Positions 56,099 through 64,000 of a stretch of DNA of 64,000 bases are shown piece by piece. This DNA comes from Candidatus Thalassarchaeum sp. (GTDB lineage Archaea; Thermoplasmatota; Poseidoniia; Poseidoniales; Thalassarchaeaceae): positions 19,981 through 83,980 of the forward strand of contig JAKURL010000004.1 of assembly GCA_022449345.1 (NCBI GenBank). The letters are read 5' to 3'. The translations under genes were made by a program, and so were the position numbers. Each line of letters starts with the position of its first letter. Position 1 is the stretch's first letter. The notes below the pieces were generated by a model that ran no database searches, had not been told where the DNA came from, and was given only the letters and a program-made list of their open reading frames with translations.

Positions 56099-59080
56099 AT
56101 GATGATTCGAACAATGAACGCCTCAAACCGCCGCCGAACTCAGGTTGGACTTTTTCTCGTAATACTTATGCTATCCTCTGGGTGTATTGGAGCAGTAGAT
56201 GATATTGCTGAGGTAGACAATGAGCCAATTCCTGTAACGGCTTCAATCGATTTAGAAGGTTCACCTACCACAACTACAGATTATGTTACAGCAGTAATTG
56301 AAGTCACGGAGGGCGAGGGGCCATTCATTGTCTCTTGGACTCTAAATGGAAATCTTGTACAATCCAGTTCTAGCCTAAGGTACGACGCTGGATTCATGAC
56401 CGTTGGAACGCATCAACTAGATGCAAGAATCATCGATTCCAACGGTGGTGAAGTCGAGGCCGCAATCATCTTCACAATCGTCGAGGCAAACAGAGCACCA
56501 CACATCGACCTCACTCTTCCAAAGAATGGTATCGCTGGCCTACCAATCGCATGGGAGGTTAATGCTGAGGATCCCGATGGTGATGAGATTACCATCACAG
56601 TAGACTTTGCTGATGGCACTTCTACAAGGAGTCAATCTGGAAACCATATTTGGGCTCATCCAGGTCAATACATAGTTGTAGCAACTGCTGAGGATAGCGA
56701 TGGATTTGTTGCTTCTGTTCAAGAGGCAATACATATCGATAGAGCTGATGCTCCGCAATTATCTGTTGAGACAAATCCAAGTGGAGAGGGGAGAATTGCT
56801 CTGTACTTGAATACAGGAATAACCTTGGAAACAGATACCCACGATGAATTGGGTCCTGTAATTGTTAGAATCGACTATGGTGATGGCTACGTGATTGAAC
56901 CAGCCGATTCGGAAGAAGAGTATCTCTACTCCGAAGAAGGAGTCTACACGATTACCGTAACAGCCTTCGGACCAACAGGAGTCACCGCTCAGCGACTTAT
57001 CCATGTAGAGGTAGTATCGGTTTCCGATGATCTTGAGGCTGCTCAAATGCAAGAGGAGTTGGAAGGTGAAGCCGAACAACAGTTGGGGGAAGAGGTTGAG
57101 CAGGAACTCGACTCCGACGGCGACGGCACCGTGGATGATGTTACCAATGCTCAATCAGACGAAGAGTATGATTGGCGTTCCGACTTTGACCCCGACGGTG
57201 ATGGCTACTACGACGATGACCAAGAAGTGGACGACTGGGTCACAACTGACGAAGAGTCGGTACGAGACGATGTTGGTGATGAAGAGGAAACCGATTCCAT
57301 GCCAAATAGCCCTTTGATGTTAGAGAGCAACGTTAGAGAAGAGGGAGAAGAGCCGTCTGAGGACGAATTAGCACCTATACCTTCGGAATATGAGGCGAGG
57401 GCCGAGATAGTCGACCCTGTCTTCGATGAAGCATGGGGTGAAGTAGAAGATGCCTCGATGGAAGAAATGACCTATTCCCGTTCTATTTCCCAAGTAACTG
57501 CTACATGGTGGAATGACAGCTTCTGGGAGGATTGGGACAACGATGGTACTCCAGAGGTCCTCTGCCACAGAACCGTAGGGGTATACTGGTTCGACTCAGA
57601 CGGCATTCCAGGGCCAGAGCGCATTATCCTAGTTCGCAATATACAATGCTCACACGACCGCGACGGCGACGGACAGGACGACGTTTTCTATACTCAATTT
57701 AGGGGGATGGATCTAGTCGACCAAAACTCAGATGGTATTCCTGAGCGACACGATGTCCTGACGCGAACCGTTTGGACTTGGGACAATGGTAGTTACGAGG
57801 ATGTTAACATACACCTATTCGTACATGCTCGGACCGATGCGGACCAAGATGGAAATCTCGAGCGAAGAATCATTCTAGATCGAGACCGAAGGATGGTAGA
57901 CCAAGGTATCGGCTTGGTATTGACCGCGTACTATTCTCACTCTCGATACATACACCGAATTGATGCTAACGACGATGGCACACCCGAGCGCTGGTTGGCC
58001 ATAGACCACACCTCATGGGTTTGGGACCCTACAGAGGATGGCAACGCAGACCGACATCGTGACAATTTACGAGCTGTTGTAAAACGAGATACGAACTCAG
58101 ACGGAAATATCGATGTATCCCGCGCACTGCAACAGACCACCGCCGAGTTCGACAATGACTCGAACGGTGTAGTTGAACTTCAATGGACTTGGAGAGCCGG
58201 GGTGCATAAGGTCGACACAGATCACGATGGAGATTTAGACTACACAGCCCGTATGCGTGGCTGGCATCAGCACTGGGATTGGGGACTGATGGAGTACCAT
58301 ATCCATAGATTCTCGCTGACTCGGATGGTCGACGATGATGCAGACGGAATTTTGGAGTGGAAACATAAAACCATACACATGTCGAACGCTACAGATTGGG
58401 ACTTTGACCAACATCTAGAGCAGCGCGAATCGTATACAGCGACCCTAGTTTGGTGGGATGCAAACGAGGATGGATATGAGGAACATGTGTTCCGGAGAGT
58501 TAAGGAGACTTCGTATTTCGACCAACATGCTAACGGTTGGAACAACCAGAACGAGGAGATTCGTTCAATGGAGGTATGGCGAAACTCGTTGAGTCAACCC
58601 CGAGTAATTCGTGTAATGGTCGCTGAGTTGACTTCTTGGGACAACAACTCTGACGGCAATCCAGACACCTACTCATATCTGGCTAGGACTTGGCAGGCTA
58701 CTGACACCGACTTTGATGGATTCCTCGACCGAAGAGTGTTCCACCGCCATTACATGACAGCGAAGGATGATAATGCAGACGGAAATGTCAACTACGCCTT
58801 GAACTCAAACATCTGGCACGCGAGAAACTTATCGCTATCGTCGACCGGAACCATAGATACTCTACAGGAGGCATACCTCTCGCACAGGGTGTTCGAGTGG
58901 AACATCAACCAGCAGGGACATGCATATCACACCAATAGCACTTGGGTAGGAGTCCATGTCGATTATGTCGCCGGAACCTCTCAGGCCATCACCGTGACGG
59001 TCATTACAATTGATTCTGACCAAGATGGTAACCCTGAGTCACAGACCATCACCAGTGGGGGAAGCAACAACCCTCCGTGA
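56099..59080 (+). CDS. Approximately 993-aa surface lipoprotein: lipobox, tandem PKD/Ig-like domains, a long acidic linker, and at least 11 DxDxDG calcium-binding-like repeats
   Basis: The lipobox-like sequence LSSGC follows a basic n-region. PKD-like units contain DPDGDEITITVDFADGT. The linker of about 140 aa is D/E-rich. The repeats DRDGDGQDD, DADQDGNLE, DANDDGTPE, DTNSDGNID, DTDHDGDLD, DDDADGILE, DANEDGYEE, DNNSDGNPD, DTDFDGFLD, DDNADGNVN and DSDQDGNPE recur every 35-45 aa. Confidence 0.7.
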   Translation: MMIRTMNASNRRRTQVGLFLVILMLSSGCIGAVDDIAEVDNEPIPVTASIDLEGSPTTTTDYVTAVIEVTEGEGPFIVSWTLNGNLVQSSSSLRYDAGFMTVGTHQLDARIIDSNGGEVEAAIIFTIVEANRAPHIDLTLPKNGIAGLPIAWEVNAEDPDGDEITITVDFADGTSTRSQSGNHIWAHPGQYIVVATAEDSDGFVASVQEAIHIDRADAPQLSVETNPSGEGRIALYLNTGITLETDTHDELGPVIVRIDYGDGYVIEPADSEEEYLYSEEGVYTITVTAFGPTGVTAQRLIHVEVVSVSDDLEAAQMQEELEGEAEQQLGEEVEQELDSDGDGTVDDVTNAQSDEEYDWRSDFDPDGDGYYDDDQEVDDWVTTDEESVRDDVGDEEETDSMPNSPLMLESNVREEGEEPSEDELAPIPSEYEARAEIVDPVFDEAWGEVEDASMEEMTYSRSISQVTATWWNDSFWEDWDNDGTPEVLCHRTVGVYWFDSDGIPGPERIILVRNIQCSHDRDGDGQDDVFYTQFRGMDLVDQNSDGIPERHDVLTRTVWTWDNGSYEDVNIHLFVHARTDADQDGNLERRIILDRDRRMVDQGIGLVLTAYYSHSRYIHRIDANDDGTPERWLAIDHTSWVWDPTEDGNADRHRDNLRAVVKRDTNSDGNIDVSRALQQTTAEFDNDSNGVVELQWTWRAGVHKVDTDHDGDLDYTARMRGWHQHWDWGLMEYHIHRFSLTRMVDDDADGILEWKHKTIHMSNATDWDFDQHLEQRESYTATLVWWDANEDGYEEHVFRRVKETSYFDQHANGWNNQNEEIRSMEVWRNSLSQPRVIRVMVAELTSWDNNSDGNPDTYSYLARTWQATDTDFDGFLDRRVFHRHYMTAKDDNADGNVNYALNSNIWHARNLSLSSTGTIDTLQEAYLSHRVFEWNINQQGHAYHTNSTWVGVHVDYVAGTSQAITVTVITIDSDQDGNPESQTITSGGSNNPP

Positions 59081-59120
59081 CGAATTGTTATGTGTAGGTC
59101 GTGGCTCGGGCAGCCATACG

Positions 59121-59198
59121 CTCCTGTGGTGTAGTACGGTCCATCATTCCGGGTTTTCATCCCGGCGACCCGGGTTCAAATCCCGGCAGGAGCACCAA
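59121..59198 (+). tRNA. tRNA-Glu (anticodon UUC), CCA encoded
   Basis: GCUCCUG...CCGGG UUUUCAU CCCGG...GGGUUCAAAUCCC GGCAGGAGC A CCA; 78 nt. Confidence 0.85.
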
Positions 59199-59222
59199 TA
59201 AGTTGCTCTGAATAGCCGGTGA

Positions 59223-59720
59223 TTATCGAGCAAGGCTCTCGACCATCGCATCAATTGTCTCTGGATTTGCTTCCTTGTTTCGACCAGATGTCAATGCCCT
59301 GCCCATAACATCTGCTCCAATGAATGAGAACATATGCCTCATTGCCATGATTACGTGAGCACCACCGCCGCCACTGTGAGTTGCTAGGCCCACCGGTTTA
59401 CCGGTACACATCTTTCTGAAGTTCTGCCAGTCGCGGGAAAGCCAAGCGATGGCGTTGTTGAGGGTGGGAGGCATCGAACCATTGTACTCAGGAGCAACTA
59501 CAATCCATGCATCTGCATTGATCATCTGTTGCGTAAGGTCAGAAACATCCACTGCTTGTTCGGGATCGGAAGAACGTGCTACTGTGAACATCGGCAAGTC
59601 CATTGCAGCTAAGTCTACAACATCTGCATGGTGTCCCTTGTCTCTTGCGACCCCTGCAAATCTCTCAGTCAATTCGAGGTTGGTTCCAGAGGTCGCGGTA
59701 ATCATCAGGAATTTCGCCAT
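59223..59720 (-). CDS. Flavodoxin-like fold NAD(P)H-dependent FMN reductase family protein
   Basis: The N-terminus KFLMITATSGTN and the overall 165-aa alpha/beta pattern match. Confidence 0.65.
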   Translation of the reverse strand: MAKFLMITATSGTNLELTERFAGVARDKGHHADVVDLAAMDLPMFTVARSSDPEQAVDVSDLTQQMINADAWIVVAPEYNGSMPPTLNNAIAWLSRDWQNFRKMCTGKPVGLATHSGGGGAHVIMAMRHMFSFIGADVMGRALTSGRNKEANPETIDAMVESLAR

Positions 59721-59769
59721 GGCAGGCCGAGGGGCTATCCATACTTCAACCGAATGAATGCAATTAGTC

Positions 59770-60219
59770 TCAATCTACTTCTACAATTGAGATAGAAATC
59801 CCTCTTTTTGCGGCTAAATCGATTACTATCCTTGTCCATTTACTGGTTGGTGAAGGCATGGCTAAAATATGCGACGCACCATTCAGTATCTTTTCAGTCA
59901 GCGTATTGGGGGCCTCAATCCTACCTCGGTCTACAAGACTTCGCGTGGAATCACCCCATTCCTCTGTAAAGACAGCAATCGGAATGGAATTATTGTCAGC
60001 CCAACGCTCGGCCATATAGTCAACACCGCTAGCACCACCTACGATGATCATGTCTGGATAGCCATTCTCATCTATCCAAGATTCCACCGCCTCCTCGAAA
60101 ATCATGAAGTCGTAGAACCTACTTGAGCCGACTATTGCCAGATTGATAATTTCGCCATCGAAGTTGAGATCTTGACTACCCAGCCGCTCCACTGTGTCCT
60201 GCCCAGACGCCCCTACCAT
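59770..60219 (-). CDS. SLOG-superfamily (DprA/LOG/YspA-like, DUF2493-like) Rossmann protein
   Basis: The motifs are IINLAIVGSSRF and DMIIVGGASGVDYMAERWA (a GGAxGxD-type motif). Confidence 0.45.
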   Translation of the reverse strand: MVGASGQDTVERLGSQDLNFDGEIINLAIVGSSRFYDFMIFEEAVESWIDENGYPDMIIVGGASGVDYMAERWADNNSIPIAVFTEEWGDSTRSLVDRGRIEAPNTLTEKILNGASHILAMPSPTSKWTRIVIDLAAKRGISISIVEVD

Positions 60220-60387
60220 AGCGGCCGGATGAGGGTATTAGACAATAAATGTCCGTAGGAAAGTTACGATTTCAGTTATTTTTCGCTTTTTTCTCCCTCA
60301 TCAGACGACTGACTTGTTATTTCGTTTGTCCGTTTGTTTCAATCCTCTGGGCGCTATTTGATATCGGACCGTCCTTTCGAAATCACT

Positions 60388-60395
60388 GAGGAGGG
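60388..60395 (+). promoter_or_regulatory. Shine-Dalgarno-like GAGGAGGG 3 nt upstream of the sufS ATG
   Basis: It is complementary to the 16S 3' end (anti-SD). It is seen directly in the sequence. Confidence 0.5.
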
Positions 60396-60398
60396 ACT

Positions 60399-61625
60399 AT
60401 GGCTCTAGACATCGAGGCGATTCGCGCGAATTTCCCCATTCTAGACAGAGTCCTTCCAAACGGCAAGAAATTAGTCTATTTCGATAATGCCGCAACTTCA
60501 CAAAAACCTCAGGTCGTAATCGATGCTATGACGAGATATTACGAGGAATACAACTCCAATGCACATCGTGCTAACCATACATTAGCGGATGAAGCAACAA
60601 CAGCTCTGGAGGATGCCCGCAGCAAAATCTCTCGATACTTTGGAACCAGTCCTGAAAACATGATTTACACCAGTGGAGCAACTGAAGCAATCAACTTGGT
60701 CGCCTATGGTTGGGCTCGCTACAACCTCGAACGAGATGATGTGGTCGTAATTACTGAAATGGAGCACCACGCTGATATTGTACCTTGGCAGGAATTGAAC
60801 AAGGAGAAGGGTGTAGAAGTCCGATATGTACCCATAAATTCGCGAACATTCACCCTCGATATGGATGCCTTTGAAGTTGCACTCGAGGGTGCAAAACTGG
60901 TTTGTGTGGTTCACACAAGCAATGTTCTGGGAATTCGCAATCCTGTTGAAGAAATCATCGCGAAGTCACATGCTGTAGGCGCTCGTGTGCTTCTTGACTG
61001 CGCTCAAGGAGCGCCGCATGAGAGGCTCTTCTTCGATAACATGGGTGCTGATTTCGTTGCCATTTCTGCTCATAAAATGGCTGGCCCAACCGGCATAGGT
61101 TGTATTCTGGTAAAGTCCGATGCAATGACAGAAATGGGGCCATTCATGACAGGAGGCTCAATGATTAGACGAGTTTCAACAGAAGGCACTACTTTCCAAG
61201 AAGGCCATGCAATGTTTGAAACCGGAACGCCTCGAATTGCAGAAGCCATCGGATGGGGTGCTGCGGTAGAGTGGCTAAGCCAATTCGATATGCGGGAAGT
61301 TCATGCACATATCCATGATGTCGCTTCTTGGACAGCGGACCAAATGCTTGAGATTCCAGGAATTCGAATCTTTGGAGATCCAAACCATCCCGATTCGAGC
61401 GGGGCGGTATCTTTCCTGCACGATTCAATTCAATCTCAAGACCTAGCAATTCTACTAGATGAAGGTGGATTTGCAGTTAGAACAGGCCACCACTGTGCTC
61501 AACCCCTAATGGACGCACTCGGCGTACCTTCGACAAATCGTGCTTCATTCTGGATTTACAACACTCTCGATGAGGCGCAGGCTTTCGTTGAGCACCTGAG
61601 ATACGTCTGCGAGCGATTCGCTTGA
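60399..61625 (+). CDS. sufS: Cysteine desulfurase SufS (group II)
   Basis: The motifs are VYFDNAATSQKP, the PLP lysine context SAHKMAGPTG, and the catalytic Cys loop RTGHHCAQP. Confidence 0.9.
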   Translation: MALDIEAIRANFPILDRVLPNGKKLVYFDNAATSQKPQVVIDAMTRYYEEYNSNAHRANHTLADEATTALEDARSKISRYFGTSPENMIYTSGATEAINLVAYGWARYNLERDDVVVITEMEHHADIVPWQELNKEKGVEVRYVPINSRTFTLDMDAFEVALEGAKLVCVVHTSNVLGIRNPVEEIIAKSHAVGARVLLDCAQGAPHERLFFDNMGADFVAISAHKMAGPTGIGCILVKSDAMTEMGPFMTGGSMIRRVSTEGTTFQEGHAMFETGTPRIAEAIGWGAAVEWLSQFDMREVHAHIHDVASWTADQMLEIPGIRIFGDPNHPDSSGAVSFLHDSIQSQDLAILLDEGGFAVRTGHHCAQPLMDALGVPSTNRASFWIYNTLDEAQAFVEHLRYVCERFA

Positions 61626-61677
61626 GGTCGGCGAATTCGCTCGTCATATTGAATAGAACCAATCGCGAGGGTGGTTC

Positions 61678-62103
61678 ATGGCGCAGAGACGATGGCCCGA
61701 GCATCTCGGCCCAGTTGTCGAGGAGTTTGAGGGCTGCTTCGATTCCATGGAGCGCTACGAGTTGCTGTTCGAGTACGCAAAGAAGCATCCAAGTCCACTA
61801 CCTCCAGAAGAATGGAATGACGCAAACCAAGTCCACGGCTGCCAATCGAGAGCTCATGTCGAATGTATCCGAGATGAATCTGGAAAATTCCTCATGCGTG
61901 GCGGTGCTGATGCTCAGATTGTTCAAGGCTTGATGTCAGTAACCGCGATGGCAGTGAATGGTATGAATCCAGAGGAGGTTTCCACGATGTCTCCCGATTA
62001 CGCCGATGCCATGGGAATTCGTAATTCTTTGACCCCAAGTCGAGCAAACGGGTTTTTGAATATGTTTGAGCGAGTCCGCTCTGAAGCCGAGAGGATGGTG
62101 TGA
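61678..62103 (+). CDS. sufE: Sulfur acceptor protein SufE
   Basis: The motif is NQVHGCQSRAHV, with the conserved GCQS catalytic Cys; 141 aa. Confidence 0.7.
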   Translation: MAQRRWPEHLGPVVEEFEGCFDSMERYELLFEYAKKHPSPLPPEEWNDANQVHGCQSRAHVECIRDESGKFLMRGGADAQIVQGLMSVTAMAVNGMNPEEVSTMSPDYADAMGIRNSLTPSRANGFLNMFERVRSEAERMV

Positions 62104-62408
62104 TCATGGTCGACGAGACAGCGATTCGTGAGTCTCTCGTCGATGTTGAAGACCCTGAGATGAAGATTTCAGTAATTGATTTAGGATTAATTTACAATGT
62201 CAGAATCGATGGCCAGCACGCTGAAATCGATATGACACTGACAAGTCCTGGATGTCCAGTTGCACCTGAATTGATGGCTGCAGTGCATCGTGCAGCGCTA
62301 ACTACAGAAGGAATAGACAGCGTTCATGTCAACCTAACCTTCTCTCCGCCTTGGGATCCGAAAATACACGCCACCGAAGATGGAAAGTTTGAGCTCGGTG
62401 TTTTCTGA
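62100..62408 (+). CDS. sufT: DUF59/MIP18-family Fe-S assembly protein (SufT-like)
   Basis: The signature is TLTSPGCPVAPE. The GTG start overlaps the sufE stop (GTGA). Confidence 0.7.
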   Translation: MIMVDETAIRESLVDVEDPEMKISVIDLGLIYNVRIDGQHAEIDMTLTSPGCPVAPELMAAVHRAALTTEGIDSVHVNLTFSPPWDPKIHATEDGKFELGVF

Positions 62409-62411
62409 TTC

Positions 62412-63287
62412 TCAACCCAATCGCATTTCTGCGGCTCTAACCGTGTTGCTAATCAACATTGAGATGGTCATCGGGCCTACTCCACCCGGAACTGGAGTCA
62501 TGTAACCGGCGACCTCCGATACGGAAGGGTCAACGTCTCCAGCAAGCCGACTTCCACTCTTTCGCGATTCGTCTACAATCCTATTGATTCCAACATCGAT
62601 TACCGTTGCACCCGACTTTATCCAATCAGCCTGAACGGTAGCCGGTCTTCCAATCGCTGCAACCACTAGATCAGCGCTGCGACAAATATCCGCGATGTCT
62701 TCGGTACGAGAATGGGCGATTGTTACCGTGGCATCGATCCCTTTCTGTGCCAGCAGGAGAGCTAGCGGCATTCCCACAATGCGCGAGCGGCCGATGATCA
62801 CGGCCTTCTTGCCTAGCAGGTCAATTTCGGCGTCTTTGATTATTTCCATAACGCCTGCAGGCGTGCAGGGAAGCAATCCATCTACCTGCCCCATCACCAA
62901 TCTTCCAAGATTGGTCGGATGAAAGCCATCGACATCCTTTGCTGGGTCGATAGCCTCTGTTATGGCTAACTCGTCAGTGCCAGCGGGAGTGGGGCTCTGG
63001 ATGAGTATTCCGTGGACTGAATCGTTTGCGTTCAGATCTGCCACAACCCGCATCAAATCTTCTTGAGATACATCGTTTGGGAGGTCGATACGCGTACTCT
63101 TGATTCCACATCTCTCACATGCGAGTTGTTTGTTTCTAACATATACATGACTTGCGGGGTTATCTCCAGCTAGTACCACAGCGAGGTGCGGCTCGACACC
63201 AGAATCCTTCAGTGCAGAAATCCGTTCAGGCAGCCGAGCCTCGATACGAAACGCAAGTGCCTTCCCATCTAGTATGACCGCGCTCAC
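62412..63287 (-). CDS. folD: Bifunctional methylenetetrahydrofolate dehydrogenase/methenyl-THF cyclohydrolase
   Basis: The motifs are ILDGKALA, PGGVGPMT and the NAD(P)-binding GRSRIVGMP. Confidence 0.85.
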   Translation of the reverse strand: MSAVILDGKALAFRIEARLPERISALKDSGVEPHLAVVLAGDNPASHVYVRNKQLACERCGIKSTRIDLPNDVSQEDLMRVVADLNANDSVHGILIQSPTPAGTDELAITEAIDPAKDVDGFHPTNLGRLVMGQVDGLLPCTPAGVMEIIKDAEIDLLGKKAVIIGRSRIVGMPLALLLAQKGIDATVTIAHSRTEDIADICRSADLVVAAIGRPATVQADWIKSGATVIDVGINRIVDESRKSGSRLAGDVDPSVSEVAGYMTPVPGGVGPMTISMLISNTVRAAEMRLG

Positions 63288-63362
63288 GAAGCAAGCCCCA
63301 AGAGCGTCGGCCTTGACCTTTTTCTGAGTGGCGGCCCGCTAAGGCCGGACCAATGGTAAATT

Positions 63363-63440
63363 TTGGAGCCCCAGGAGGGATTCGAACCCCCGGCCGTCTG
63401 ATTACAAATCAGATGCTCTACCAGTCTGAGCTACTGAGGC
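63363..63440 (-). tRNA. tRNA-Thr (anticodon UGU), CCA encoded
   Basis: The reverse complement is GCCUCAG UA GCUCAGACUGGUAGAGC A UCUGA UUUGUAA UCAGA CGGCC GGGGGUUCGAAUCCCUC CUGGGGC U CCA. Confidence 0.85.
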
Positions 63441-63536
63441 AGTACCCCCCGCTGACTGCGCTCGATTCTTGAACCCTGCACCTAGAAGGCTAGCCGAAAT
63501 AGGGCCAAGTTGAATGGCTATTAACCACTCCGAATA

Positions 63537-63953
63537 TTGTTGACAACCGTGCCGAACTCAACATCCCACAGGAAATTGAACATGGTAATTGCCGCTTGGT
63601 CTTGCTTACTTCTTGGGGCAGGGATAGTTTTCGGTACAGCAGGAGATACCTTTGCCATCGCAATAGGCGCTCCTTTGTCTATTGCAGGTGCGATGTTGCT
63701 ACTATTCGGATTGGGTATGCCAGGGGGAGCATCAGTTGACCCAGAGGAATTAGCTGCATGGGCTCCAGACGCTGTGAAAATGCCCGATGCAGGACGGGCA
63801 ATGTATCGTGTCGATACTTCACTAGATCCTCCGATTAAGACCTCGATACTTTGTGGCAGATGTGGCCACTTAGAGTGGATTCAAGGAAGGAAACCAAGAG
63901 CCTATGATTGCATAGAATGCAATACCACCCTCTGGGTAGCAGAAGAGGAATGA
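63537..63953 (+). CDS. Small membrane protein with a C-terminal CxxC...CxxC zinc ribbon (hypothetical)
   Basis: Two TM helices are followed by CGRCGHLEW...CIECNTTLW. Confidence 0.4.
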   Translation: MLTTVPNSTSHRKLNMVIAAWSCLLLGAGIVFGTAGDTFAIAIGAPLSIAGAMLLLFGLGMPGGASVDPEELAAWAPDAVKMPDAGRAMYRVDTSLDPPIKTSILCGRCGHLEWIQGRKPRAYDCIECNTTLWVAEEE

Positions 63954-64000
63954 GTGGGAATTTTCTAAGCAAGCATCAAAGCGAAGCGGCATCAGCGATA

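Noticed and set aside
59010-59201. 63-aa ORF overlapping tRNA-Glu
   Set aside because: It runs straight through a confidently folded tRNA gene and is almost certainly spurious.
1-64000. CRISPR arrays or cas operon, considered because of the Cas4-like gene
   Set aside because: No intergenic region exceeds about 250 nt. None shows regularly spaced direct repeats. No cas1, cas2 or effector genes are recognisable. The Cas4-like gene is therefore treated as a solo nuclease.

Overview
This is a densely coding archaeal chromosomal segment of about 50% GC and roughly 90% coding. The lineage call rests on archaeal-type genes: a membrane-anchored LonB, the conserved L44e-S27e-aIF2alpha-Nop10-PAC2 cluster, L37e, L40e, the DNA polymerase D small subunit, an AbrB-PhoU regulator and UPF0147. 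Many bacterial-like metabolic genes sit among them: sufS-sufE-sufT, a class II CCA-adding enzyme, a long HMG-CoA synthase, ETF plus acyl-CoA dehydrogenases, a long PurA and P5C dehydrogenase. This mix resembles a marine heterotrophic euryarchaeon, which is an inference. I found four tRNA genes: Ser-CGA, Val-UAC, Glu-UUC and Thr-UGU. All four encode the 3' CCA and none has an intron. I found no rRNA, no CRISPR array, and no integrase, transposase or other mobile element. The window also holds several very large surface proteins: a cadherin-like protein with an N-terminal WCGPC thioredoxin-like motif, a PKD plus DxDxDG calcium-repeat lipoprotein, and two beta-propeller proteins. Best candidates for something undescribed: (1) an operon pdxT (no adjacent pdxS) -> PflA-like radical SAM (GTGA start/stop overlap) -> a Cas4/RecB-family PD-(D/E)XK iron-sulfur nuclease fused to C-terminal OB-like domains, ending 10 nt from tRNA-Ser; (2) a 47-codon four-Cys zinc-ribbon reading frame broken by a single in-frame TAG; (3) a membrane-anchored dual winged-helix regulator directly upstream of the roughly 1000-aa calcium-repeat lipoprotein; (4) a lower-GC pair of coupled membrane-protein genes inserted between the L44e cluster and L37e. 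All functional calls come from reading motifs in the supplied translations, and no database search was run.
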